64,000 nt of DNA from Blastocystis sp. Blastoise (taxonomy: Eukaryota; Protista; Bigyra: Opalinata), in the NCBI GenBank assembly GCA_039096225.1, contig JBBPEB010000002.1:186001-250000 (forward strand), read 5' to 3'. Below are positions 11,301-24,766 of the stretch, piece after piece (positions within the stretch are counted from its first letter, which is position 1; the number at the start of each line of letters is the position of its first letter). A program made the position numbers and the translations under genes. The notes under the pieces were generated by a model that did no database searches, had not been told where the DNA came from, and saw only the letters and a list, made by a program, of their open reading frames with translations.

Positions 11301-14272
11301 GGAATCTCTGCACTTATTATACTATCTACTTCATCTTCTGTTCTATATTTAGAATTCGTATCTAAAATAATTAATATATGAGAATGTGGTAAACCTCTCT
11401 TTTGGAATTCCACTGAATATAATAAAGCTTCTACAGTACCAAATATATTCTTATCCTTTATATCAGAAAGTAATTGTTTCAACTTTAAATGAAACACTCT
11501 TGAAACTAAATCTGGAAATTCATTAACAGTATAACCTTCTGGAATATTATTCTTTATTTCTAACCAATCTGGATTGCAAGTAAATGTTATAAATAAATCA
11601 GGTTTACCATATTCTCGAATTACACTCATAGCATCCATATATTTCTGTTGCAAATTTCTTGGACTACCAACAAAAGAAGAAGGTAATATAATAGCTTTAC
11701 CTATTCTATCTATATTTCTATCATTCTCATTTATTTGGTCTCCTCTCTCTTCTAACATATTATTTATATTCTGATAAGTAGATGCTCTTAATTTATTTTG
11801 ATTATTTCGTATATAATTAATTCTATTTTGTTCTACTCGGATATAATTATCAGTTATATATTGTAAAGTTAATTTCTTATATTTTAATAAATAATTATCA
11901 TAAGGTGGATCTTTCATTTGAAGCATATAATTATAATATTCTAACATAGTAATAGTAATTTGATTAGAACGATTCAATGATAATAAATCTGGATACCAAC
12001 CTTGTCTTCCAGTTGGAAACATAACTGGATAAACCATACAATCTATATATGAATTAGTATTCTTCATTACTATATATTGACCTGAAGTATAACGATTCTG
12101 TTCATTATTACTATTAGTAGCTACTATTTCCATACCACTTCTAGGAAAACAACAATAACTTCTTTCTGGCATTACTCCTCCTTCTCTATATTGATATATT
12201 ACTGCTACTTCATCTACTTGAGGAGTATTATATCTTCTTATATCAGGTACTTCTCTTCTTTGTTTCTTAAATTCTATTAATAAATTAATATTATTTCTAT
12301 TCATTTGACTATTCTCTTCTATTACTTCATCTACTCTTTCTCGAAGTGAATTATATATTTGAGCTAATGGATGATATTCTCTTATTGTACTATCTAATAT
12401 TTGTAAAATATTTGGTTTTAAATCACAAAAATATCGATTCATACTTCTCATATGAGTAGCTTCATCTCCATCTATCATATAATATTGATTGAATACAGGA
12501 TGTCTTGTAGGATCATTCACATCAAAATCTAAAGCACTCTTAAAAGTATGATATATATTACCTCCACATTTAAATAGTAAAGGTCCAGAAGAATTTCTTA
12601 AATCATCATCAGAAGTATTATTTCCAGCTAAAGAAGCTAAAGCAACAGAATTATTATATCGAATTATATTATTAATAAATTCTCTTGAATCTGGATTATC
12701 TCTTTGTAATAAAGAACGAATAGTATTAGGAAGATCAGGAAGTTCAGGAAGAACTACTTTACCACTACCACAGCAAGTATAAAACTTATCATTCATTCAT
12801 TTCTCTAATTCAAAATGTTTAGCATGACAATATTCACAATGAACATTAAAATCACCTAAATAATTAGCTTTATAAGTATTCAATGCTTCATTTAATACAA
12901 AATCACCATGAGAATCTATATAAAATAATATAAAATCAATATTAAATATATATAAATACTTCTTTGAATAGAAGCAATACAATTATGTAATCCAGGATAT
13001 AATAATCTTTGTTGATTATCTATAGAAGTAATTTATTATTTAATTATTTATAAAGAATAATATATAATAAATAGCATACAAATATCTAAAGCTCTTCTTC
13101 TTCCTCTATTAATAATAGGATGAATAGTTATGTCTTCTTCAACTATAAAGAAGTATTAAATAAATATATTTAAATAATAAAAAACATACTATTATCTGTT
13201 ATAGGTCTTCTAATAGTTCTTACAACTGGTATTTCATCATTGTTTTGAGTATTACTATTGATAATAGGAAAAGGATCAATATAATCAGAATCAGAATCAT
13301 TATCAGAAAAACTACTACTACTACTACTACTACTACTATTACTACTACTACTATCACTTGAACTACTACTACTACTACTATTAGGTATTGTTGTTATAAT
13401 TTCTGATTCGTTATCATTATTTAAATTAATATGAGGAATATTTGTTAGAATACTTAAAGGAGGAAGAATAGGACTTAAATCAGGAATAGTTAAATAACTA
13501 TTCATGATGGAATTAATAGATCTATTATTTCTATGTATTATTGTTTCATTATTATTAGTATTAGTGTTATTTCTTGAATTATTTGTATTATCATTAATGA
13601 TTGTAGAATTATTATTGTTAGATATATTTACATCAGTTGGAATAGTACTAACAACAGGTAAAGAGTGTGAAGAAGTATTAATAGAATCATTATTGTTATT
13701 AGAAACAGAAGTATTTTTTTCTGTAGGTTGTATAATAGTAGTTGATATAGGAATAGATTGATTATTATTATTAATTTGACTTTGAACAATAGATATGTTA
13801 TTAATTGATTGATTAACTGGATTCATTTGATTAAGTAGGTTTGAACCATTATTTAATATAGAATTATTATTATTTATTTGTGAATAACTATTATCTATAT
13901 CAATATTTATATTTGAATTATTATTTAAAGAAGTTATAAAATTGTTTTGTATTTGTGATAAAGAAATATTATTTTGTGATGATAAAGGTGTTACACCAAC
14001 ACTTGAATTTATAAATGTAGAATTATTAAAAAATGGTATAAAAACATTATTAGATTGATTTTGATATAAATTTGGATCTGTATTAATAAATGAACTATTA
14101 TTTGCGTCTATAGAAATAGAATTATTAGTTAATGTACTAATAGATAGTATAATATTTATAATATAATATAATTGTATAAGATGCTTTTAACAACTATATC
14201 TATATATAACATAGAATTATGTAACAGTTCTTTTATTTGTATATTATTATACAACTCTTCATATTTATTTGG

Positions 14273-14303
<31 letters not shown>

Positions 14304-15034
14304 TCGATAGATAAAATTTTATTTGGATTACTTAAAACAAAGTAAACTATTTTATTTTTTACTAATATAATATAATTAATATCAATAACATCTAAATCAA
14401 TAGCTGTTAAGTTAACAAAATTTATAATATGATTTCATATAACACTGTATATATCTATCTTTAAATAATAAACACTATAAAAAGTAAAACACGAAACACT
14501 ATATCAACTATTAGATCACACAACATGTCTAAATGATTTCTCTCATAATACATAACACTAATACTGTCACCTCAATAGTTACCAATAAAAAAAAAATTAA
14601 AACATAAAGTAAATACTATGAAGCTCTATACCTATAATTCATTACATCAATACACAACCCACACAACATTAAACTAATAAAAGCTACAGTTCATACTTGA
14701 GTTAAGAATCAAATGGTAATCCTGATATTAACAGAAATAATATTTTAAACCTAATGACCCGTTTTCTTCATAATAATTCAAGGTAAAAAGCATCCCAGTG
14801 ACAATCAATAAGAAATAAAAACAAAAGGAGATCACTAAATATATATTCGTATATACCTTCAAAAGTCTGAGTAGTACCCATCATTACTTCATTAGACCCA
14901 TATAGTGCAGGCAACGATCGATCCATACCAGTTTCAGAGTCCGTCTCATCCAATCTATTTCTTCTTACTCCCTTCATAAATTCTCTGTTCCCCTCCGAGC
15001 GTCTACGTCTTGACATACGATGTCTTGAAGGCAT
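8303..15034 (-). CDS. Helitron RepHel transposase (HUH Rep plus PIF1 helicase), 5 exons, with in-frame TGA at 12797-12799
   Basis: Motifs DLFITFTCNPDW, VEFQKRGLPHSH, KYIYKY, GPGGSGKT, IIWDEAPM, GGDFRQ, QFPIRLAFAMTINKSQGQT. GT-AG exons 15034-14857, 14107-13190, 13142-13080, 13019-12981 and 12915-8303 join in phase: 438 codons, TGA, then 1497 codons. Upstream exons are less certain than the core. Confidence 0.9.
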
Positions 15035-16325
15035 TTTAGTATTTAAAATATTAAATATAATAAATAATTTATGTATAATATGAAAGAAATAAAATAAATT
15101 GTTCTTTTTACAAAATGATAAGAAATATATATATGTACCCTAAAATGCATTTATTATAGAGTTTATCACAAATTTTTAATTAATTTTTATAAGACTAAAA
15201 CAATTGGGCTTCATATAAATTTATGTACCCAAAAATAATTTACTAAAAAAGAATATTTCTACTAAAAGAGTCAGTATACTTTTGTCTTCTTTTATTTTTC
15301 ATATTTCTCCATACATATTATATTATTATTAATGGATTTGGTGTTTTTATATAGCGCCATTATTATATTCATATAATATTTAGCTCTTATATATTTTTTT
15401 CAATAATTATGTATTTTTTCTTTTTCTTTTATTTTATTTTTATATCTAAGATGCTTTTTCTATTTAGCTAGACTTGCCTGAGTTGCAATCAAAAATAATT
15501 TCGTGGTTTCATATTCAATCAGTGGTTTTCCTCTTCAAAATATTGGTATGTATATATTTTTTGTTTGTTTTATTTTATTTATTTTGTTATATTTATCTCT
15601 ATATAGGTTAGAAAATGATGCTTATTTCTCTCTTCCATTTTGGCCATGATGGGCCTTTTAAAAACAAACTTCAGGTGCTTATTCAAATCAAAAATGTCAA
15701 GGTATATATAGTTTATTATATTTCTTATTGTTTGTTTTATTTTATATTTTATTTCTGTTCTAATTATTTATTTTTATTAATTTATTTAATACGTATATAT
15801 ATTATTATTATTACTTATTATTTATATGCTATTTTTATAATTTATTTTCTTTTCTGTATAGCTTATTACTAAATTATTACTTGTTATATTTTTATTATTT
15901 TTATTTTATTTTATTATATATATATATATATCAATTATTATTTGTTTTTATTTTAATAATATATTTATATAGGTTGCCATCAACTAAGTTCTTTTTCTTC
16001 TGTCGTTATTCTTCGCATCAATCACTTTTTCATTATTTCTTCTTCCTTCTTTCTTCATTTCTTCCTTTCTTCATCCTGCCTTCATCTTTTCTTTTTACAC
16101 TCTTTTATTCATTCTTCTCCTCTCCTTTTCATTTATTTTTATTCCTTTTATTTATTTGTTTTATTCTTTTTTTCCTTCCTTGTATTATTTCTCTTTCCTT
16201 CTTCTATATATCATTTTTTTATTTATCTTTCTTTGTATATTATTTATTATTTATCTATATTCAAATAATTATATATATATTAATATTTATTTATTTGTTT
16301 ATTATTATTTTATATTATTTATTAT

Positions 16326-16393
16326 CCCCAAGCTCTAAATGGAGAGTAATAGTTCTTTTTGAACTATTATCAGGTTCAATTCCTGACTTAAGG
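16326..16393 (+). ncRNA. tRNA-like cloverleaf (68 nt) inside Helitron A, antisense to RepHel
   Basis: CCCCAAG-CTCT AAATGG AGAG-TAATAGTTC TTTTT GAACTATTA-TCAGG TTCAATT CCTGA-CTTAAGG; same length and architecture as 3111-3178; acceptor-like stem pairs 5/7. Confidence 0.65.
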
Positions 16394-16699
16394 CTTTATG
16401 ATTCTTCTCTTTTTATCTATATATATATTTTTTTAATATACATATATTATCACTTTTAATAATTTTTTTTTAATATTTTCTTCTTTAAAACAATTTATTT
16501 TAATTTTATTTATTATATAGCGACTTTATGCATATTTTTCAACTTTTCAAATATCACAGCAACAGAAATGGGTCACAATGTGAAAAGTGTTTAATACTTT
16601 GATTTACATAAAAACTATTATATTCGCTTAAATAGTGAATTTGGAATCAAATCAATAATATATTTAAAAAGAAAAAGTTATTAACAAAGAGAACTCAAC

Positions 16700-18170
16700 A
16701 TTCATTGTGACTTTTACAACAAAATCTTAACTTAAAAGCTAATTTTTATAGAGTCGACATGAATCACTTTTTTAAAGACAAATAACTAAAAATTTCGGGT
16801 TCAATAAAATATTTCAATATCTATTCATTGACTGTATCTAAACATTTTGAGACAACCTTTTGACACAGTGTATAATATATTATTGACAATATTAACTGAA
16901 AAACAGTTTTATGAATCTCGTAGCTTAAGACCGTTTTTGACTCATTCATTGTGTTTGACAAACTTAAAAACGTTTTTAAAAGTTAATTTTCACACAGTGT
17001 ATCTAAATAGACCTTACTAACACAGTAGTTATTACTTCAACACTTTTCATGAACCTTTTGCATTTGCTCATTTACTTCAACCAAAATATTTTCGTCCCTC
17101 CTTTTGATATAATATAGAGTGTGTGGTCTAGTTATATAAAAGTGAGGGGGAATTTTGAACCTCGTCCTCTAAGTCACTCATTTTCACATTTTTTTAAATT
17201 AAGACCCTTAGAGTTGATTTTTGAAGTTAATTTTTCTACAGTGTTCCAAAAACACGATTTTGCTCAAACTGAGTGAAAAATATTTTTTCAATAACTCTCA
17301 CAACCCTTTACACATCCACTCTCTAAAAATAGATTTTGCTATATTTTTGATATGTTGTAGAGTGTCTCTTAGTGTATACTGAACAATATCTCGTTTCTTA
17401 AAACTCTCATTTTATGACTCTCTTTGAACATATTTTTACTAATTGAAAGACTTAAACATATTTTTAAAAGCTAATATTTTCATAGTAGACTTTATATGAC
17501 CCTATAAGCACATTAGTCATCACTTTAGACTTTTTAAAGACACTTTACCATTTGGTCATACACTCTGATCAAAATATTTTTGTCCCTTCTTTTAACATAA
17601 TATAGGTCATACACTCTAGTTTAATGAATAAACACTCAAATATTGAATCTCGTCCTCTAAGTCACTCATTTTTACATTTTTTTAAATTTAAGACCCTTAG
17701 AGTTGATTTTTTGACTCAATTTTTCTACAGTGCACGAAATTCACGATTTTATATAAACTGAAGTAAAAATAAATTTTAAATAATAGTCACAACCCTTCAC
17801 ACATCCACTCTCTAAAAATTATTTTCTTTGAACTTTTGATATGTTGTAGAGCTACTACAGCTGTACACTAATTAATATCTCTAAATTTTTTATTCATAGT
17901 TTAAGACTATGTTTTATACATTCTTTTAAATTTGACAACCTTAAACTATTTATTTAAAGCTCTTATTCATAGAATATACTTAATACATGATTCTATACAC
18001 ATATATAAACCCTTTTACTTTTTAAGACACATTTTGTCATTTGGTCATACACTTTGACCTTCATAATTTTTAATCTCCTTTTGACATAGTATAGAGTATT
18101 ATCTCTAGTTTATTAAATAAAAGTCATTATATTGAATCTCTCACTCTAAGACCACTTAATTCACATTTTT
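16700..18170 (-). repeat. ~245/490-bp tandem array in Helitron A 5' region
   Basis: TTGAA(T/C)CTC..CTAAG at ~17155, 17643, 18132, with a variant at ~16912; largely the reverse complement of the 1330-2790 array. Confidence 0.8.
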
Positions 18171-18817
18171 CAAAATTGTGACACTCAAACTCATTATTTT
18201 AAAACTTTGTTTTAACTATAGTAGTTTGAGGACCTATCAATTACAATACTGTAATATTAGTCGATTATAAGAAGATCGAAGAAAAATATCGATCACTCAA
18301 AAATCGTCCTCAGGAGCTCAAAATTGGTACACCTAGGTTTTTTGACCTCCTGAATCAGAATATGATGTCAAAATAAGAATCTAAATTTGACCGTTAAGGC
18401 CTCACGTGTTCAATATGAAAAAGTATTAAAAAGTAGATAAATATAAAGAATAAACACGGATAACGTATATTGTGGGATTGAGAAAAAATCAAGTTTACCC
18501 CATGTTTATTTTTCAATTGTCTGGTCAACAATTTTTATCGGGGTCATCCCAAAGAGCCAATCAAAAACGACTCAAAAATCATGTTTTCTGTTTTTTTATT
18601 AATAACTTTTTAATTATTAATAATATCGCTTAACCAAATATACGGTGCAAAACTACATGTTATATCCTATTGAACTGTGTTTCAACCAAACATTAACTCC
18701 CCGTAAGTTTAGAGGAGTTGTGTCCACAAACTATAGTATACATTAGCCAATCAAATGCATTTTCCAAAAACTGACCAATGGGAATTTTTTTGCCTATTCT
18801 CATATATATAGTAATGA

Positions 18818-21800
18818 TTTATCTAAATCATTTGGTTTTAACACTAAACCTTTAGCTTTGTTTTCGACTTTTAATATCCAAAATAATATTCCTTTACAAA
18901 ACATTCAAAACAATATTTCAAATAACAATATTGATATTGATATCGATAATAGTTATTCACAAATAAATAATAATAATTCTATATTAAATAATGGTTCAAA
19001 CTTATTCAATCAAATGAATCCAGTTAATCAATCAATTAACAACATATCTATTGTTCAAAGTCAAATTAATAATAATAATTCATCTATTCCTATATCAACT
19101 ACTATTATACAACCTACAGAAAATAATACTTCTGTTTCTAATAATAATAATGATTCTATTAATACTTCTTCAAACTTTGTAAATATTGTTACTACTATTC
19201 CAACTGATGTAAATATATCTAACAATAATAATTCTACAATCATTAATGATAATACAAATAATTCAAGAAATAACACTAATACTAATAATAATGAAACAAT
19301 AATACATAGAAATAATAGATCTATTAATTCCATTATGAATAGTTATTTAACTATTCCTGATTTAAGTCCTATTCTTCCTCCTTTAAGTATTCTAACAAAT
19401 ATTCCTCATATTAATTTAAATAATGATAATGAATCAGAAATTATAACAACAATACCTAATAGTAATAGTAATAGTAGTTCAAGTGATAGTAGTAGTAGTA
19501 ATAGTAGTAGTAGTAGTAGTAGTAGTAGTTTTTCTGATAATGATTCTGATTCTGATTATATTGATCCTTTTCCTGATATCAATAGTAATACTCAAAATAA
19601 TGATGAAATACCAGTTGTAAGAACTATTAGAAGACCTATAACAGATAATAGTATGTTTTTTTATTATTTAAATATATTTATTTAATACTTTTTTATAGTT
19701 GAAGAAGATATAATTGATCATCCTATTATTAATAGAGGAAGAAGAAGAGCTTTAGATATTTGTATGCTATTTATTATATATTATTCTTTATAAATAATTA
19801 AATAATAAATTACTTCTATAGATAATCAACAAAGATTATTATATCCTGGATTACATAATTGTATTGCTTCTATTCAAAGAAGTATTTATATATATTTAAT
19901 ATTGATTTTATATTATTTTATATAGATTCTCATGGTGATTTTGTATTAAATGAAGCATTGAATACTTATAAAGCTAATTATTTAGGTGATTTTAATGTTC
20001 ATTGTGAATATTGTCATGCTAAACATTTTGAATTAGAGAAATGAATGAATGATAAGTTTTATACTTGCTGTGGTAGTGGTAAAGTAGTTCTTCCTGAACT
20101 TCCTGATCTTCCTAATACTATTCGTTCTTTATTACAAAGAGATAATCCAGATTCAAGAGAATTTATTAATAATATAATTCGATATAATAATTCTGTTGCT
20201 TTAGCTTCTTTAGCTGGAAATAATACTTCTGATGATGATTTAAGAAATTCTTCTGGACCTTTACTATTTAAATGTGGAGGTAATATATATCATACTTTTA
20301 AGAGTGCTTTAGATTTTGATGTGAATGATCCTACAAGACATCCTGTATTCAATCAATATTATATGATAGATGGAGATGAAGCTACTCATATGAGAAGTAT
20401 GAATCGATATTTTTGTGATTTAAAACCAAATATTTTAGAGATATTAGATAGTACAATAAGAGAATATCATCCATTAGCTCAAATATATAATTCACTTCGA
20501 GAAAGAGTAGATGAAGTAATAGAAGAGAATAGTCAAATAAATAGAAGTAATATTAATTTATTAATAGAATTTAAGAAACAAAGAAGAGAAGTACCTGATA
20601 TAAGAAGATATAATACTCCTCAAGTAGATGAAGTAGCAGTAATATATCAATATAGAGAAGGAGGAGTAATGCCAGAAAGAAGTTATTGTTGTTTTCCTAG
20701 AAGTGGTATGGAAATAGTAGCTACTAATAGTAATAATGAACAGAATCGTTATACTTCAGGTCAATATATAGTAATGAAGAATACTAATTCATATATAGAT
20801 TGTATGGTTTATCCAGTTATGTTTCCAACTGGTAGACAAGGTTGGTATCCAGATTTATTATCATTGAATCGTTCTAATCAAATTACTATTACTATGTTAG
20901 AATATTATAATTATATGCTTCAAATGAAAGATCCACCTTATGATAATTATTTATTAAAATATAAGAAATTAACTTTACAATATATTACTGATAATTATAT
21001 TCGAGTAGAACAAAATAGAATTAATTATATACGAAATAATCAAAATAAATTAAGAGCTTCAACTTATCAGAATATAAATAATATGTTAGAAGAGAGAGGA
21101 GATCAAATAAATGAGAATGATAGAAATATAGATAGAATAGGTAAAGCTATTATATTACCTTCTTCTTTTGTTGGTAGTCCAAGAAATTTGCAACAGAAAT
21201 ATATGGATGCTATGAGTGTAATTCGAGAATATGGTAAACCTGATTTATTTATAACATTTACTTGCAATCCAGATTGGTTAGAAATAAAGAATAATATTCC
21301 AGAAGGTTATACTGTTAATGAATTTCCAGATTTAGTTTCAAGAGTGTTTCATTTAAAGTTGAAACAATTACTTTCTGATATAAAGGATAAGAATATATTT
21401 GGTACTGTAGAAGCTTTATTATATTCAGTGGAATTCCAAAAGAGAGGTTTACCACATTCTCATATATTAATTATTTTAGATACGAATTCTAAATATAGAA
21501 CAGAAGATGAAGTAGATAGTATAATAAGTGCAGAGATTCCTGATAAAGAATCAACTCCTCTTCTTTATGAATTAGTTAAGAAACATATGATTCATGGTCC
21601 ATGTGGTCCTGATTATGATACGAATTGTGTTTGTATTGATAGATCAACAGGTAAATGTAGTAAGAGATTTCCAAAAGAATATATAGAGCAAACTAATTGT
21701 CATTTAAATTCTTATCCTTTATATCAAAGAAGAAATATTCCTGATAGAACTATTACTCTTATTCGTAGTCATAATACTTATACTATTGATAATCGTTGGG

Positions 21801-24766
21801 TAGTTCCTTATAATCCTTATTTATTATTGAAATATCAAGCTCATATTAATGTAGAAGTCTGTTGTAATATTCAAAGTACTAAATATATATATAAATATGC
21901 ATTAAAAGGAAATGATTCTGTGATAGCTCAATTAAGAAGAGTGAATGATAATGGAATAGTAGATGAAACTCAAGCTTATTTAGATTGTCGATATGTTTCT
22001 CCTCCTGAAGCTTCTTATCGTTTGAATTGTTTTGAAATTACTTATAATTCTGTTTCTATTAATAGATTACCTATTCATTTACCTGATGATCCATATATAT
22101 TATTTCGAGAAGGACATGAAGAAGAAGCATTAAGAAATAGTTTAGAGAAAGGTACTAAATTAACAAAATACTTTGATTTAGAGAAAGAAGTTCAGAATCA
22201 AAGAAAGATATATACTTATTATTATATAGAGAAGAAGCATGGTATTCGTAATATGAATAATGTAGAAGAAGAAAGAGAATTGATTCAAGTTCGTTTAGAA
22301 GAGATAAATAGAATAAATAGTTATGAAGTAGATGATGATAATATATCAGAAGAATTATTGAAAATATTAGATGAGAAATATCCTATTTATGCTTATCATG
22401 AAATACCAAAATATTATGTATGGAAATCGAATACAAATACTTGGAATAGACGTCAGAGAGATATAAAAGCTTTAGGAAGAATGTATTATGTGAATCCAAA
22501 AGATAAAGAACGATATGCTTTGAGATTATTATTATTGAATACGAAAGGAGCTGATAGCTTTGATTCTTTGAAGATAGTAAAAGGATTGAATAGTAATGAA
22601 CCTTATAGAACCTTTAGTGAAGCAGCTATAGCAAGAGGATTATTGAATAATGAGAGAGAAGTATTTGATTCATTTTCAGAAGCTATTGTTTTTGCTACTC
22701 CATGTCAATTGAGACAATTATTTATTACTTATATTTCAGAATCATTATTAACAAATGTGAAAGAGTTTTGGATTCGATTTAAATCATTTCTTAGTAAAGA
22801 TTATAAACATTCAATGCATAATAATGAAATAGATTATATAAATACTCCTTTAGCTCAAGATTTAGATTCATCAAGTGTTATAGAAGATGATACTAATAGT
22901 GTTCTTCAAGATTATGAAATACGTACTTTACAAGATATAAAAGAGATGATGATAAGTATAGGAGTGAATTATAATGATTTAGGATTACCTCAAGTAGAAG
23001 AACAACATCATTATAATGATTATAATTATAATCCTACTTTAGAATTACAAGAAGCTAATAGAGTAATAGAATTATTAAATGAAGAACAAAGAAATGCATT
23101 TGATAGAGTAATTCATTCAATAGAAAGTAGTAGAATAGAAGATAAGTTATGTTTCTTTATAGATGGTCCAGGTGGAAGTGGAAAGACTTTCTTATATAAT
23201 AGTTTATTAAGTTATTTACGTGGACATAATAAGAATGTATTACCTGTAGCTTCAACAGGTATTACTTCTACTTTATTACCAAGTGGTAGAACAGCTCATA
23301 AACAATTTGGTATTCCTTTGAATGTTGATCCTGATTCTACTTCAAATATAGATTTAGCTAGAGATAGAAGAAAAGTAGAAGAAATAAGAATAGCTGATTT
23401 AATAATATGGGATGAAGCTCCTATGATGAAAGGTGATTGCTTTATGGTAGTACATAGATTATTATGTGATATAATGAATACAGAATTAGATATTCCTTTT
23501 GGTGGTAAAACAGTAGTATTAGGAGGAGATTTCAGACAATGTTTACCAGTTATAAGAAAAGGAACTCAAGCTCAGATTGTTAGTTCTTCTATAAAGTTTT
23601 GTTCCTTATGGAATTCTATCAAAAATAATGTCATTCATTTATCGAGAAATATGAGAGCTTTAGAAGGAGCAGATGATTTTAGACAATGGCTATTACAAGT
23701 AGGAGATGGTGTTCTTTCTAATAATTATACTATTAGTCATCATTTAGATATAGATTATATTCCTATTCCTCCTCAATGTATTGTAAATGATGATTTATGT
23801 GTTACTGTATTTGGACATCGAATCAATACTTCTCTTGATTCTGATATCAAACGATTAGCTTCTTCTGTTATATTAGCTTCTACTAATGATTGTGTTGGTA
23901 CTTTAAATGATTTTATTGTAGATAATCTTCTTTCTGGAACTACTATTCCTTATATCTCTTCTGATTCTATTCTTGATTCTGAAACAGATGATCCAGAATC
24001 AAATTATCCTATCGAGTTTATCAATTCTCAAACACCTTCTGGAATGCCTCCTCATATATTAAATTTAAAAATAGGTTGTATCATTATGCTTTTAAGAAAT
24101 CTTAATCCTTCTAAAGGATTATATAATGGTACTAGACTTATAGTAACTCGATTAGGATCAAATAATATTACTGCTACTATTTTAAATCCTCCTCCTTCTC
24201 TTACTATTGATGAACGTACTGTTATTATTCCAAGAATCATCTGTAATTCAAATCCTGAAGATCTTCCTATTATTATATCCAGAAGACAATTTCCTATTCG
24301 TTTAGCGTTCGCAATGACTATCAACAAATCTCAAGGACAAACATTTGAAAGAGTTGGTGTTTATTTAGATCGTCCTGTCTTCTCTCATGGTCAACTCTAT
24401 GTTGCTTTCAGTCGTGCTCGATCTTTCAATTCTCTTTTTATTAAGGTAGTTGATAGTGTCTCTCAAGGTAAGATAATTAGTAGTAGTAATGAAATATTTA
24501 CTAAGAACGTGGTCTTCAGGTCTACTCTAAATAATTAAATGTTTTCTTTTCTCTTCTCTTCTTTTGTTTCTTTTGTTTTATTTGTTTTATTTGTTTTATA
24601 TTATTTATTTAACTTTTTACCTTTTCACTTTTTATTTGTTCTAAAAATGTTTTTAATAAACAAGATTGTTTTGTTAACCCTTATTTAATACATATTTTAA
24701 AACCCAACTGAACAACGCAGCCGCGGCGCGTCGCCGTTAGGCGGTGCGCCAGCGGCGTTACCCTAG
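18818..24766 (+). mobile_element. Helitron B, 5'-truncated
   Basis: Begins inside the Asn-rich RepHel exon, directly against the 5' TC of Helitron A; ends with the same hairpin plus CTAG|t at 24766. Confidence 0.9.
18819..24538 (+). CDS. RepHel of Helitron B (lacks first exon; in-frame TGA at 20042-20044; uninterrupted core 20045-24538)
   Basis: The 1497-aa core differs from copy A at about 5 residues by eye; same small exons and introns upstream. Confidence 0.9.

Larger units (their letters stand above)
8066..18817 (-). mobile_element. Helitron A, full length (~10.75 kb)
   Basis: 5' a|TCATTACTATATA at 18817; 3' hairpin plus CTAG|t at 8066; RepHel gene inside. Confidence 0.93.
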
